Assembly (NCBI GenBank): GCA_031411275.1
Contig: JANOAU010000052.1
Span: forward strand, 18,524 to 82,523
Direction: 5' to 3'
Length of the DNA: 64,000 nt
DNA from: Saprospiraceae bacterium
GTDB taxonomy: Bacteria; Bacteroidota; Bacteroidia; Chitinophagales; Saprospiraceae
Made by a program: the position numbers and the translations under genes
Shown: positions 28,178 through 38,359 of the stretch, in pieces
Layout of the letters: every line of letters begins with the position of its first letter
Numbering within the stretch: the first letter of the stretch is position 1
The notes under the pieces: generated by a model
Seen by the model: the letters and a program-made list of their open reading frames with translations, nothing else
Told to the model about the DNA's origin: nothing
Databases searched by the model: none

Positions 28178-28480
28178 ATGAGGTATCTTATTATTTTTTC
28201 AAAAGCAGCTTCGGATGACTTAACTGAGACATTAGGTTGGTATAAAGAACAAAAAGAGGGTTTGGAAAAGCGTTTTATTTCTGAAACGTCTAAAATATTA
28301 AAACGGGTGGAAGTTTTCCCGAAGTCTTTTCCTATCGTTCATATGAAAATACGTAAAGCCTTAATCAGTAAATTTCCTTATAAAATTCTTTACTTTATAG
28401 ATGAATCAAACCATGAAGTACATGTTATAGCTGTAGTTCATCAATCAAGGCATCCTGATTTTTGGAAAAATCGAATGTAA
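28178..28480 (+). CDS. RelE/ParE-family toxin
   Basis: A 100-aa protein. AASDDLTETLGWYKEQKEGLEKRF ... KILYFIDESNHEVHVIAVVHQSRHP is the typical ParE-like layout. Confidence 0.7.
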   Translation: MRYLIIFSKAASDDLTETLGWYKEQKEGLEKRFISETSKILKRVEVFPKSFPIVHMKIRKALISKFPYKILYFIDESNHEVHVIAVVHQSRHPDFWKNRM

Positions 28481-28520
28481 TTGCGCTAATATATTAAATC
28501 GAAAAAACAATCACAACTTT

Positions 28521-29351
28521 ATGAAAAACCTAATTTTACTTACCTTTTTAATTGCATTTTGTAGCCAAAACACCTTTTCTCAAAAAGTTAATTGGAAAAA
28601 ACTACACGTATTAGTCTATACTAAAAATGGTAAAGGTTATGTGCATGACAATATACCTTCGGCGATAGCATGTATCCAAAACTTGGGTAAAACGCAGGGC
28701 TTTAAGGTGGATACATCGAGTGCGCCTTCTGTTTTTTCAAAGGGAAATTTAGAAAAATACGATTTATTGGTTTTTACAAGTACCAACAATGATGTTTTTG
28801 ATACAGACGAACAACGTCTGGTTTTTCGGCACTATATGGAGGCGGGTGGTGGATTTGTGGGCATTCATTCGGTGGTGGGGACGGAAAGGAATTGGAAATG
28901 GTTTAAGCAAATGTTAGGCGGCACGTTTTCGTGGCATGCTAAATTTCAAAAATATCATGTCAAAATTATTGACAAACAGCACCCCTCAGTAAAAGGGCTG
29001 CCTGTGGATTGGGTACGCGAAGATGAATGTTATTTTGAAAAAGAATTATATTCGGGTATTCATACATTCATGGTACAAGATGTTGCAACATTGAAGACAG
29101 ATGAAAAGGACACAGAACTTGTAAAAAAGAATATGGGTTCATTCGCCGATTATTACCCTGCTGCTTGGCACAATTTTTTTGATGGAGGGATAGCTTGGAT
29201 AACGACTTTGGGGCATGATAAAAAAGATTATAGTGAGCCTATTTATATGCGTCATATCCTTCAAGGCATTGAGTTTGTCGCTTCTCAATGTTTTAAGAAA
29301 AAAGATTATTCAAAGGCTTATGCAAAGCATCGGGACGATGAAGTTAAATAG
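28521..29351 (+). CDS. ThuA-domain (trehalose-utilisation-like) secreted protein
   Basis: Signal peptide. VLVYTKNGKGYVHDNIPS ... YDLLVFTSTNN ... GGGFVGIHS follows the pattern of ThuA-like class I glutamine-amidotransferase-fold proteins. Confidence 0.6.
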   Translation: MKNLILLTFLIAFCSQNTFSQKVNWKKLHVLVYTKNGKGYVHDNIPSAIACIQNLGKTQGFKVDTSSAPSVFSKGNLEKYDLLVFTSTNNDVFDTDEQRLVFRHYMEAGGGFVGIHSVVGTERNWKWFKQMLGGTFSWHAKFQKYHVKIIDKQHPSVKGLPVDWVREDECYFEKELYSGIHTFMVQDVATLKTDEKDTELVKKNMGSFADYYPAAWHNFFDGGIAWITTLGHDKKDYSEPIYMRHILQGIEFVASQCFKKKDYSKAYAKHRDDEVK

Positions 29352-29423
29352 TTTTAAATATTATAGAAGCATTTACTTGTATTAATACAGTTTATTTGAA
29401 AACAATAAAATCAAAAATTAAAA

Positions 29424-30206
29424 ATGAAATTAAGCGTAGGATGTCAACTTGAATACCAAGTTTATCAAGAAACCCCTGTCATTTTCCTCTTACGGAGTCA
29501 TAATAGACAATTAGATTCGGTACTACATGATGAATTGATAGTAGAACCAAAAGTGCATATAATCGAATATATTGATTTTTATGGCAATACATGTGATAGA
29601 TTAGTAGCTCCCATAGGTAATTTTAAAGTCAGCACTAATACGGTGATGGAGGTGCAAGAATTTACGGAATATGACGAAAATATAGACTCCACTCCTATAC
29701 AATTTTTACCTGATAATGCGCTTGTGTATTTGTTAGCAAGTCGTTTTTGCGAATCAGATAAGTTGAGTATTTTGGCGTCTGATATAGTTTCTAACAGTAT
29801 TACTGGTTTCCATAAAGTAGAAGCTATTCGGCGTTGGGTTCATAATAATATTACATATCAATACAATCAGAGCAATTCTTCAACCTCGGCATTAGATACG
29901 TTAGATGCTAAAATAGGTGTGTGTAGGGATATGTCGCATTTAGCTATTTCGCTCTGTCGCAGCATCAGTATTCCTGCTCGTTTCGTGGTAGGTTATTTGT
30001 ATCAATTGTCTCCTATGGATATGCACGCCTGGTTTGAGGTATACTTGGATGGCAAATGGTACACTTTTGATGCCACACAAAAGGTAACTACAGGTGGCAG
30101 GGTGGTATTGGCTTATGGGAGAGATGCGGCGGATGTTGCTACTGCGACTTTTTATGGTAATATGCAATTAAAAAGTATGAAGGTATTTGTGGATAAAATA
30201 GATTAG
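29424..30206 (+). CDS. Transglutaminase-like cysteine peptidase-fold protein (Bact_transglu_N + core)
   Basis: GVCRDMSHLAISLCRSISIPARFVVGYL ... HAWFEVYLDGKWYTFDAT gives the Cys-His-Asp transglutaminase core. Confidence 0.8.
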   Translation: MKLSVGCQLEYQVYQETPVIFLLRSHNRQLDSVLHDELIVEPKVHIIEYIDFYGNTCDRLVAPIGNFKVSTNTVMEVQEFTEYDENIDSTPIQFLPDNALVYLLASRFCESDKLSILASDIVSNSITGFHKVEAIRRWVHNNITYQYNQSNSSTSALDTLDAKIGVCRDMSHLAISLCRSISIPARFVVGYLYQLSPMDMHAWFEVYLDGKWYTFDATQKVTTGGRVVLAYGRDAADVATATFYGNMQLKSMKVFVDKID

Positions 30207-30539
30207 TAGGAGCGTATATACTGAGGGGTGAGGTTTTATATTATCTCATAATCGCTCATATTTGTAATATTTAAAAGTTAAAATGTAAAAATTGATTGAT
30301 TTTCATAAAGATATATAATTTTGAAAAAATCAGATTTTACCTAATGTGTACCCATTATTATCGAGTTTGACTTACTTAAGTTTTGCGGCACTGTTTCATG
30401 TTTTCTTTATAAATCAAAAAGGAGTCCTTTCAATACTTTGATTGTACTTTGGGCTTATATTTTTATACCTTTACTTATACTGCAAATATATTGGAAAGTA
30501 AAGGATGCCTAATTTTGATATTAACAAAAAAAAACGCTT

Positions 30540-33500
30540 ATGTCAATAAAAGTCGCTATTACACACAAAACGAAGTACAAATTTGATAGAAATGTAGGTC
30601 TGAGTCCTCATGTATTTCGTCTTCGCCCTGCTGCCCATTCTCGCACCGCTATTGAAGCCTACTCCTTTAAAATTTTCCCTGAAAATCATTTTATCAATTG
30701 GCAACAAGATCCTTTTGGTAACTTCCAAGCGCGGGTGATTTTCCCTGATAAAATTGATGAATTACGGGTAGATGTAGAGGTCATAGCACGGCTGAATGTC
30801 ATTAATCCATTTGACTTTTTTGTAGAGGAATATGCCGAAGAATTCCCTTTTGAATACGAGGAAATACTTAAAAAAGAGTTGATTCCGTATTTAGAAGCGA
30901 CCGAATCGGGCGAAAAATTGATGGATTTTGTTGAAAAAAACAAGGTTATAAAGCCTTTGCGCATCGTGGATTTTTTGGTTGCCATCAATAGCAAATTAGC
31001 TCACGAAATCCACTACAATATCAGAATGGAAGTGGGCGTACAAACCTGTGAAGAGACCTTAACTCAAAAAAATGGCTCATGTCGAGATTCTGCTTGGCTG
31101 TTGGTGCAAGTATTGAGGCATATGGGTTTGGCAGCGCGCTTTGTATCGGGTTATTTGGTGCAATTAACAGCCGATATAAAATCATTGGATGGCCCTTCAG
31201 GACCCAAAGAAGATTTTACGGATTTACACGCTTGGACGGAGGTGTATATCCCAGGGGCAGGTTGGATTGGATTAGACCCCACTTCTGGACTGTTTGCAGG
31301 CGAGGGGCATATTCCTTTGTGTTGCACACCGCATTATTCGAGTGCCGCGCCTGTGACAGGGGCAACAGATATATGTAATGTTGAATTTGAGTTTGAAAAT
31401 AAAGTGACTCGAATCCATGAAGACCCCCGTGTGACGAAACCATACACCGATGCCCAATGGGAAAAAGTGATGCAAGTAGGTGAGGTTGTTGAAAAAGATT
31501 TGCAGGAGGGCGATGTGCGTTTGACCATGGGTGGCGAACCAACTTTCGTTTCCATTGATGATTTTGAAGCGGCTGAATGGAACACTACGGCAGATGGACC
31601 ACTCAAAAGAAAATTGGCATATGACTTGGCTTTAAGGCTTAAAAACAGGTTTGCCCATGGCGGTTTGTTGCATTTTGGACAAGGCAAATGGTATCCAGGA
31701 GAGTTGTTTCCGCGGTGGCAATATGGTTTATATTGGCGAAAAGATGGGTTGCCTATGTGGAAAAACGATGATTTAGTGGGTCAAGAAGCGGGTGCCAAAT
31801 TTACTTTTCAGGATGCGGAAAAATTCGCTTTTGAACTGACAAAATATCTGGGATTGGATACTAATAATTTGTTGCCTGCCTACGAAGACCCTATTTATTG
31901 GGCTTTAGAAGAAGGCAAACTGCCTGTCAATGTTGATCCATTAGCCTTTAATTTGAAAGATGGGATTGAACGACAAACGTTGGCAAGATTGCTTGGAAAA
32001 GGGTTGAATAATCCTGCAGGGTTTGTTTTACCTGTTAAATGGCAACATGAAACGCAGAATTGGGTGACTTGTACGTGGGAATTTAGGCGTAAAAACTGTT
32101 TTTTAATACCTGGCAATTCGCCGATGGGTTTGAGATTACCTTTAAAAGCACTGCCTAAAATATCGGAAAAAAGAGCCGAAATACCTGGTGAAAGAAGTCT
32201 GTTTGAAGAATTACCAGCCTTAGGGAATTTTAGCAAGGCGGTGTCAGACCGATATGGTAAGGTGGCGGCACCTTATCAATTGCCTGTTGAAAGCGTGTTA
32301 ACAAAAGAAGAAGACAAAGAAGATGACCCCTCAGTATCCCTCACTTATGAGTTACCTATTTTCACTACTGCTTTGACGGTAGAAGAAAGAGACGGTATGA
32401 TATATGTGTTTTTACCGCCCACGGACTATTTAGAGCATTATTTAGATTTGATTGCATCCGTTGAGGCAGCGGCTGAAAAACTTCACATGCCTGTGAGAAT
32501 TGAAGGATATGCGCCACCATCGGATTATCGGATTGAAAAACTCAATGTAACGCCTGACCCAGGCGTAATTGAAGTAAATATTCACCCCGCCAAGACGTGG
32601 CAGGAATTGGTGGACAATACATCCGCTCTGTATGAAGAAGCCTTTTTTGCGCGATTAGGGACTGAAAAGTTTATGGTTGACGGGCGCAAAACTGGTACAG
32701 GCGGTGGCAATCACGTAACTATAGGGGGCGCGAAACCTGCCGATAGTCCAGTGCTGCGTCGCCCCGATTTGTTGAGAAGTATTATCACTTATTGGCAACA
32801 TCACCCCGTTTTGAGTTACTTGTTCTCGGGTCCTTTTATAGGCCCAACCAGTCAAGCACCCCGCATTGACGAAGGGCGTGACGACAGGCTTTATGAAGTG
32901 GAAATAGCTTTTAATCAAATTCCTGAAAATGAGGACGTTCCTTTTTGGATGGTAGACAGAATTTTTAGAAATCTTTTAGTTGATATTACAGGCAATACGC
33001 ACCGAACAGAGTTCTGTATTGATAAATTGTACTCACCTGATTCATCAACAGGCAGACTTGGGATATTGGAGTTTCGAGGTTTTGATATGCCCCCACATAA
33101 GCAAATGAGCCTCGTGCAGACGCTTTTAATCCGTGCTTTGATTGCTAAATTTTGGAAAGAGCCTTACAAAAAGAAACTCATACGATGGGGTACAGAACTG
33201 CATGATAAATTCCTTTTGCCTGATTTTGCTTATTTGGATATGATTGACGTGGTCAATGATCTTAAAAGTGCGGGTTATGAGTTCAATATATCTTGGTTTG
33301 ACCCTTTCTTTGAATTCCGTTTTCCCCATTATGGCACTGTTGAGGTTGATAATATAAAACTTGAATTACGCTTAGGGATTGAGCCATGGCATGTACTCGG
33401 CGAGGAATTGTCGAGCAACGGAACGGCGCGTTTTGTGGATTCTTCTTTAGAACGCGTACAAGTAAAAGTGCGTGGATTTACTGAGGATCGGCATGTATTA

Positions 33501-33950
33501 GTCTGCAATGGCTGCCGTGTGCCTTTGCGATCTATTGGTATAAAAGGTGAATATGTGGCGGGTATTCGTTACAAAGCATGGAATCCGCCATCCGCTTTGC
33601 ATCCGACGATAGGGGCAGATGCACCTTTGGTTTTTGATGTGATAGATACTTGGAACAATCGGGTTTTGGGGGGTTGTACTTACTTTGTATCGCACCCAGG
33701 TGGTAGAAGTTATGAAACATACCCCGTTAATGCTTATGAAGCAGAATCCCGTCAAATAAGTCGTTTTTGGAGTTTTGGTCATACGCCTAATGCCGATCTT
33801 GAAGCTGCCGAAGTGGTAAAAAATACGGCCACGATTTCAAGGTTTGTAGCAGTCAATAAAACAGCATTGAAAATGGATACGCCCGTAGAACTTATCAATC
33901 CAGAGTATCCTAATACGCTTGATTTGAGAAAATTTTGGAAAACAAGATGA
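30540..33950 (+). CDS. Large transglutaminase-family protein with a DUF2126 (predicted amidoligase) C-terminal region
   Basis: N-terminal Bact_transglu_N plus core (GSCRDSAWLLVQVLRHMGLAARFVSGYL ... HAWTEVYIPGAGWIGLDPT). A ~800-aa extension follows, with GGGNHVTIGG and ILEFRGFDMPPH motifs as in DUF2126. Confidence 0.8.
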   Translation: MSIKVAITHKTKYKFDRNVGLSPHVFRLRPAAHSRTAIEAYSFKIFPENHFINWQQDPFGNFQARVIFPDKIDELRVDVEVIARLNVINPFDFFVEEYAEEFPFEYEEILKKELIPYLEATESGEKLMDFVEKNKVIKPLRIVDFLVAINSKLAHEIHYNIRMEVGVQTCEETLTQKNGSCRDSAWLLVQVLRHMGLAARFVSGYLVQLTADIKSLDGPSGPKEDFTDLHAWTEVYIPGAGWIGLDPTSGLFAGEGHIPLCCTPHYSSAAPVTGATDICNVEFEFENKVTRIHEDPRVTKPYTDAQWEKVMQVGEVVEKDLQEGDVRLTMGGEPTFVSIDDFEAAEWNTTADGPLKRKLAYDLALRLKNRFAHGGLLHFGQGKWYPGELFPRWQYGLYWRKDGLPMWKNDDLVGQEAGAKFTFQDAEKFAFELTKYLGLDTNNLLPAYEDPIYWALEEGKLPVNVDPLAFNLKDGIERQTLARLLGKGLNNPAGFVLPVKWQHETQNWVTCTWEFRRKNCFLIPGNSPMGLRLPLKALPKISEKRAEIPGERSLFEELPALGNFSKAVSDRYGKVAAPYQLPVESVLTKEEDKEDDPSVSLTYELPIFTTALTVEERDGMIYVFLPPTDYLEHYLDLIASVEAAAEKLHMPVRIEGYAPPSDYRIEKLNVTPDPGVIEVNIHPAKTWQELVDNTSALYEEAFFARLGTEKFMVDGRKTGTGGGNHVTIGGAKPADSPVLRRPDLLRSIITYWQHHPVLSYLFSGPFIGPTSQAPRIDEGRDDRLYEVEIAFNQIPENEDVPFWMVDRIFRNLLVDITGNTHRTEFCIDKLYSPDSSTGRLGILEFRGFDMPPHKQMSLVQTLLIRALIAKFWKEPYKKKLIRWGTELHDKFLLPDFAYLDMIDVVNDLKSAGYEFNISWFDPFFEFRFPHYGTVEVDNIKLELRLGIEPWHVLGEELSSNGTARFVDSSLERVQVKVRGFTEDRHVLVCNGCRVPLRSIGIKGEYVAGIRYKAWNPPSALHPTIGADAPLVFDVIDTWNNRVLGGCTYFVSHPGGRSYETYPVNAYEAESRQISRFWSFGHTPNADLEAAEVVKNTATISRFVAVNKTALKMDTPVELINPEYPNTLDLRKFWKTR

Positions 33951-34231
33951 AAATAGTGTTGCATACTGAGGGGGCATAATTTTAAGACAGCGTCTTAAAA
34001 AAATGGCTCAATTATGGTTTTGAGATTCTGAAACAACAGATTGAGATGGTTATGCTGTTTTTATACTGTTTTTCAAAATTAGATACTGTAAATAATGCGT
34101 TGCGAAACCAGTAATTTCTCATCTGATACTTTTTTGAAAAAATGTAAAAAATTTCGCAAAGGTGGTCGAGTCTTTATGTAGTTTCAATAATACGTTTACC
34201 TTTATTCTCTAAACAAAGAATGTAGATAAAA

Positions 34232-36796
34232 ATGCACACACAAATTTCAAGTAATTTAATCCAAAATTATTGCGCTCAAATAAATGGTTTAGATGAAATA
34301 TTGGAAAAAGATGGTCGTATAAAGCCTTATTGGCAACAACTTTTTAATAATATTGAGGTCATGGGTCTAACCGAGTTAGGTAACAGAGGGACCGATATAT
34401 TAGCTAAATTAAAAGAGAACGGCGTAACCTATAATGTATATGACAGCTCTGAAGGTAATAATCGACCTTGGAAATTAGATCCTATTCCCTTTTTAATTGA
34501 ACAAAAAGAATGGGATGAGATTTCTAAAGGACTCATCCAAAGGGCGCAGCTCATTGATGCGATTTATAAAGATATTTACGGCCCTCGCCATTTGATAAAA
34601 GAGGGCATTCTTCCATCACAAGTTATTTTTGGAAATGAGGGCTTCCTTCCCGCCTGTTTTGATGTAAAAATTCCTTCGGACAATCAGTTGATTATCTGTG
34701 CTATAGATTTTGCCCGAGGTCCTGACAACAGAATGTGGGTGATGGATAGGCGAACACAGTCGCCATCTGGGATGGGCTATGTTATTGAGAATAGAAGTGT
34801 AATCAGTAAATATGTCCCAGAATTGACAAGAGGCTTGGCTCTAAGGCGGCTTGCGCCTTTTTTAAATAAATTTCAAGGGGCCATTTCGGGGCTTTCTCCT
34901 GATAAAAATGGACATCCCAATATTGTCTATTTAACTCCCGGACCACAAACTGAAACATTTTATGAACATGCCTTTATTGCCTCCAATTTTGGTTACCCCC
35001 TTGTTATGGGCGATGACTTGATGGTGAGAAATGGTATGGTATGGCTCAAATCCATTTCAGGCTTAGAAAAAGTAGATGTCATAATCAGGAGAGTGGATGA
35101 TGAGTATTGTGATCCCCTCGAACTCCGTGAAGATTCGCATTTGGGTGTATCTGGCTTGCTGCAGGCTATGCGATTAGGCAATGTTGTGGTACTCAATCCT
35201 CCTGGCTCGAATGTTTTAGAAAACCATGCATTACTACCCTTCATGAAAGGCGCGTGTCAATTTTTTTTCAAACAAGATTTGCTATTACCCAATATTGCAA
35301 CATGGTGGTGTGGACAAGAGAAAGAGTTGAAATATGTGCTTGCAAATCTTGATAAATTGATTGTTAAAAAAGCTTCAGGCAAAGAACACCATCGCTCTAT
35401 TTTTACCCGCATATTGTCAGAAAAGCAATTAGGGGAGCTTAGGCTGAAAATATTAGCCAACCCTGAACAATATGTAGCACAAGAAGAATCGTCTTTGAGA
35501 ACAGCACCCAGTTTAGTGAATGGTCGTATTGAGCCAAGGCTTGCCGTTTCAAGAGCCTTTTTAGTATCGGATGGAAGAGATTATCATGTTATGAATGGTG
35601 GTTTGACGCGTAGTTCAGCTGATTCCAATTTATTTGTGATATCAAACCAACTTGGTGGGATGTCAAAAGATACGTGGATTGTATCAGATAAAGCCTTTGA
35701 AAGCAATGAACGTGTTGTCATAAATAATAATAAAATAGACTTCAAACAGGCCGCATTGCCCAGCAAAAGTGCTGAAAATCTATTTTGGGCAGGCAGGTAT
35801 TGTGAGCGTATATTAGTCACGACCAAGGCAATTAACCTCATAATCAATACTTTACAAGATAATATTACGCTGGGAGGTACGCCTAAGTCACAACATTTGG
35901 AAATATTATTAAAAGCCTTGTCGCATGTTACGCTCTTTTATCCGGGGTTTTTGACCGAAAAAATGCGCACACAACCTTACAAAGGCATTTTAAATATAAT
36001 TAGAGACCCCAAAATGATGAGTAGTGTGACCACTACATTGAAATCTTTTTTGAGGTGTGTTACGGCTGTCAATGATAAATGGAATCATGATACACGCACG
36101 TATATTAATGCTATAGAATCCAACTTTTCGCAATTTGATGATTTGGACGAGTTCGATCCTAACAGGATTCATAAAATGATGACTAAATTACAGAGTCGTT
36201 TATTTTCATTTTATGGTATTTTTGCGGAAAGTTTTCCCAGAGATGAAGGGTATTACCTCTTTGAATCAGGTAAATTAGTTGAAAGAATTTTAGCCCAAAT
36301 AAGTCTAATAAGAGCCGTTTTTAATACTAAATATACGGCGCATGTTGAAAAAGAATTGATTGAAGCCATATTGATTAATCACAATTTGTTGGTCTATTAT
36401 AGACAACTTTATAAGTCTTTCGTCAATCTTGAAACCACTTTAGATGTGGTACTGATAGATGAAAAATTACCTTATTCATTGGGTTATATGTTAGGGAAAT
36501 TAGCGGAATATCTTAGTCATTTGCCTAATAATACCTATCCAGAGCGTATTTCACTTGTCGGAAAAGCTATATTAGAAGCTCAGACAAAAATAAGATTAGC
36601 AGATATAGATAGTCTGACTAATTACGATGAAGACGATCACCGATTATTTAATTTAGATGCTTTATTGGCAAGTATTTACACCTTAGTATCGGGTGTAACA
36701 GATTTACTTTCCAATCAATATTTTTCTCATGCCGTATTGCAACATTCATTGAAAAGATACTCGGACGAAAACGAATTGGATGCAGATGATATATAA
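34232..36796 (+). CDS. Circularly permuted type-2 ATP-grasp domain fused to an alpha-E domain
   Basis: The N-terminal ~480 aa follow the CP_ATPgrasp_2 pattern (GVTYNVY ... PWKLDPIPFLI ... VVLNPPGSNVLENHALLPF). The C-terminal ~330 aa, starting AENLFWAGRYCER, are the alpha-E signature. Confidence 0.8.
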   Translation: MHTQISSNLIQNYCAQINGLDEILEKDGRIKPYWQQLFNNIEVMGLTELGNRGTDILAKLKENGVTYNVYDSSEGNNRPWKLDPIPFLIEQKEWDEISKGLIQRAQLIDAIYKDIYGPRHLIKEGILPSQVIFGNEGFLPACFDVKIPSDNQLIICAIDFARGPDNRMWVMDRRTQSPSGMGYVIENRSVISKYVPELTRGLALRRLAPFLNKFQGAISGLSPDKNGHPNIVYLTPGPQTETFYEHAFIASNFGYPLVMGDDLMVRNGMVWLKSISGLEKVDVIIRRVDDEYCDPLELREDSHLGVSGLLQAMRLGNVVVLNPPGSNVLENHALLPFMKGACQFFFKQDLLLPNIATWWCGQEKELKYVLANLDKLIVKKASGKEHHRSIFTRILSEKQLGELRLKILANPEQYVAQEESSLRTAPSLVNGRIEPRLAVSRAFLVSDGRDYHVMNGGLTRSSADSNLFVISNQLGGMSKDTWIVSDKAFESNERVVINNNKIDFKQAALPSKSAENLFWAGRYCERILVTTKAINLIINTLQDNITLGGTPKSQHLEILLKALSHVTLFYPGFLTEKMRTQPYKGILNIIRDPKMMSSVTTTLKSFLRCVTAVNDKWNHDTRTYINAIESNFSQFDDLDEFDPNRIHKMMTKLQSRLFSFYGIFAESFPRDEGYYLFESGKLVERILAQISLIRAVFNTKYTAHVEKELIEAILINHNLLVYYRQLYKSFVNLETTLDVVLIDEKLPYSLGYMLGKLAEYLSHLPNNTYPERISLVGKAILEAQTKIRLADIDSLTNYDEDDHRLFNLDALLASIYTLVSGVTDLLSNQYFSHAVLQHSLKRYSDENELDADDI

Positions 36797-37667
36797 ATTA
36801 ATACATAAAACAAAGTATGCGTACAGCACACGCGTTAATAAGTACAATGGTTTGGCTTGCTTACAACCTCTGAACAATCATTGGCAAAAATGTTATGCTT
36901 TTGATATTACTATACAACCCGATCCCCTCGAAATCAAGAGTCGAGTAGATTTTTTTGGCAACACACTCCACTATTTTAATATAGATACACCCCATAAACA
37001 ACTGATTGTGGAAGCTAAAAGTAAAGTGGAAAGTTCGTTGAGAGATATATCTGTATTGAATCTCAATATTACTTGTGCTGAGGCGAAATCGCATATTAAA
37101 AAAAATTTATTGCTTAAAAATGAGCTTGGACTCTATTTTATGAAAAGCCATTTTATTGATTGGGACGCAGAAATAATAGATTTTGCGCAACCCTCTTTTG
37201 TACCCGATTTACCCCTGTATCAATGCGTGCAGAACCTATGTTACCGCATTTTTACTGAATTTGAATTCAACTCAAAATATACAGAAGTCAATACGCCTTT
37301 AAAAGTTGTCTTAAGAGACAAAAAAGGGGTTTGCCAAGATTTTTCGCATTTAGCCATCACCTGTATTAGAAGTATGGGCTTCGCAGCACGCTATGTGAGC
37401 GGTTATTTAGAAACCCGTCCAGCAGCGGGTAAAAAGAAATTGCAAGGTTCAGATGCGTCCCATGCGTGGATTTCTGTTTATATACCAGAAGCGGGGTGGT
37501 GCGAATTTGACCCTACCAACAACATTATTCCTCAAGAACGACACATCGTTACAGCTTATGGTAGAGATTATGGGGACGTGGTACCGCTAAAAGGCATTAT
37601 TTTTAGTGCAGGACACCACAAGCTAAAAGTTGAAGTGGATGTTATTCCTGTGTTAGAAGGTCTATAA
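36780..37667 (+). CDS. Transglutaminase-like protein (Bact_transglu_N + core)
   Basis: KGVCQDFSHLAITCIRSMGFAARYVSGYL ... HAWISVYIPEAGWCEFDPTN. It overlaps the upstream gene by 17 nt. Confidence 0.8.
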   Translation: MQMIYKLIHKTKYAYSTRVNKYNGLACLQPLNNHWQKCYAFDITIQPDPLEIKSRVDFFGNTLHYFNIDTPHKQLIVEAKSKVESSLRDISVLNLNITCAEAKSHIKKNLLLKNELGLYFMKSHFIDWDAEIIDFAQPSFVPDLPLYQCVQNLCYRIFTEFEFNSKYTEVNTPLKVVLRDKKGVCQDFSHLAITCIRSMGFAARYVSGYLETRPAAGKKKLQGSDASHAWISVYIPEAGWCEFDPTNNIIPQERHIVTAYGRDYGDVVPLKGIIFSAGHHKLKVEVDVIPVLEGL

Positions 37668-37694
37668 ATGGTTTGATTTTTAACATTACAAAAA

Positions 37695-37740
37695 AATAGG
37701 ACTATGATTATTCAGGTTGAACTGAAATCATAGTCCTATT
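37695..37740. terminator. Bidirectional hairpin between convergent genes
   Basis: A 15-bp perfect stem, AATAGGACTATGATT / AATCATAGTCCTATT, followed at 37748-37757 by TACTGAGGGG. Confidence 0.65.
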
Positions 37741-37777
37741 GTGTTTTTACTGAGGGGTATGAAAATTTCCACAAAAA

Positions 37778-38350
37778 CTATTTATCTGAATAAGACTTGA
37801 TGTAATCTTGAAAAGTCTTCGTTTTAAACTCTTCTTCAGCCGTAAATCGCAATTCGGGCAATAATTTATCAGGCGTTTTGTAACCAGGAGAAATGGCTGT
37901 GCGCTCAAATTTTTCGGTCAAATAAACAATACTCGGGTAGCCCATGTTGCCATCCAGCAAAGCATAAGCGAGTGTATGAACGCCATTTCGCCCGCCACCT
38001 TTTTCAGGAGAAATAAAAACAAAATCTTTGTTATCAAAACGGATAGTGTCCCGTCCTTCAGCATCGAGTTTTACGCAATAGAAGTGTTTGTTGAGATATT
38101 CAGCAATAGTATCATTCGTAAACGTTTGTTTATCCATGACTTTACACCAGCCACACCATGATGTGTAAACATCAACAAGTATTTTTTTAGGCACTTTATT
38201 ATTGGCTTCTGTGGCTTCTGACCATGACATCCATTTGATTTTTTCAACGGCAGCACTGCGCGTGGGTGCAGATTGTTTGAATGTAAATGCCACCATAGTA
38301 AAGCAGCTAACAAGTATCAAAATAGGCAAAAGATTTTTTTTCATGCTCAA
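37778..38350 (-). CDS. Thioredoxin-fold protein (DUF255/thioredoxin_7-like), secreted
   Basis: Signal peptide and a CxxC motif in VDVYTSWCGWCKVMDK. Confidence 0.75.
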   Translation of the reverse strand: MSMKKNLLPILILVSCFTMVAFTFKQSAPTRSAAVEKIKWMSWSEATEANNKVPKKILVDVYTSWCGWCKVMDKQTFTNDTIAEYLNKHFYCVKLDAEGRDTIRFDNKDFVFISPEKGGGRNGVHTLAYALLDGNMGYPSIVYLTEKFERTAISPGYKTPDKLLPELRFTAEEEFKTKTFQDYIKSYSDK

Positions 38351-38359
38351 AAATAAATT

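Noticed and set aside
30543-33964. Many 60-117-aa antisense or alternate-frame ORFs inside the DUF2126 gene, and similar ones inside other long genes
   Set aside because: They are fully nested in strongly supported long CDSs and are compositionally odd, with no family resemblance. These are typical shadow ORFs.
33980-33998. Short palindrome TTAAGACAGCGTCTTAA as the terminator of the DUF2126 gene
   Set aside because: The stem is only 6-7 bp, with an A-run after it on the plus strand, so it is weak as an intrinsic terminator. I mention it only for its similarity to the 21-bp array unit.
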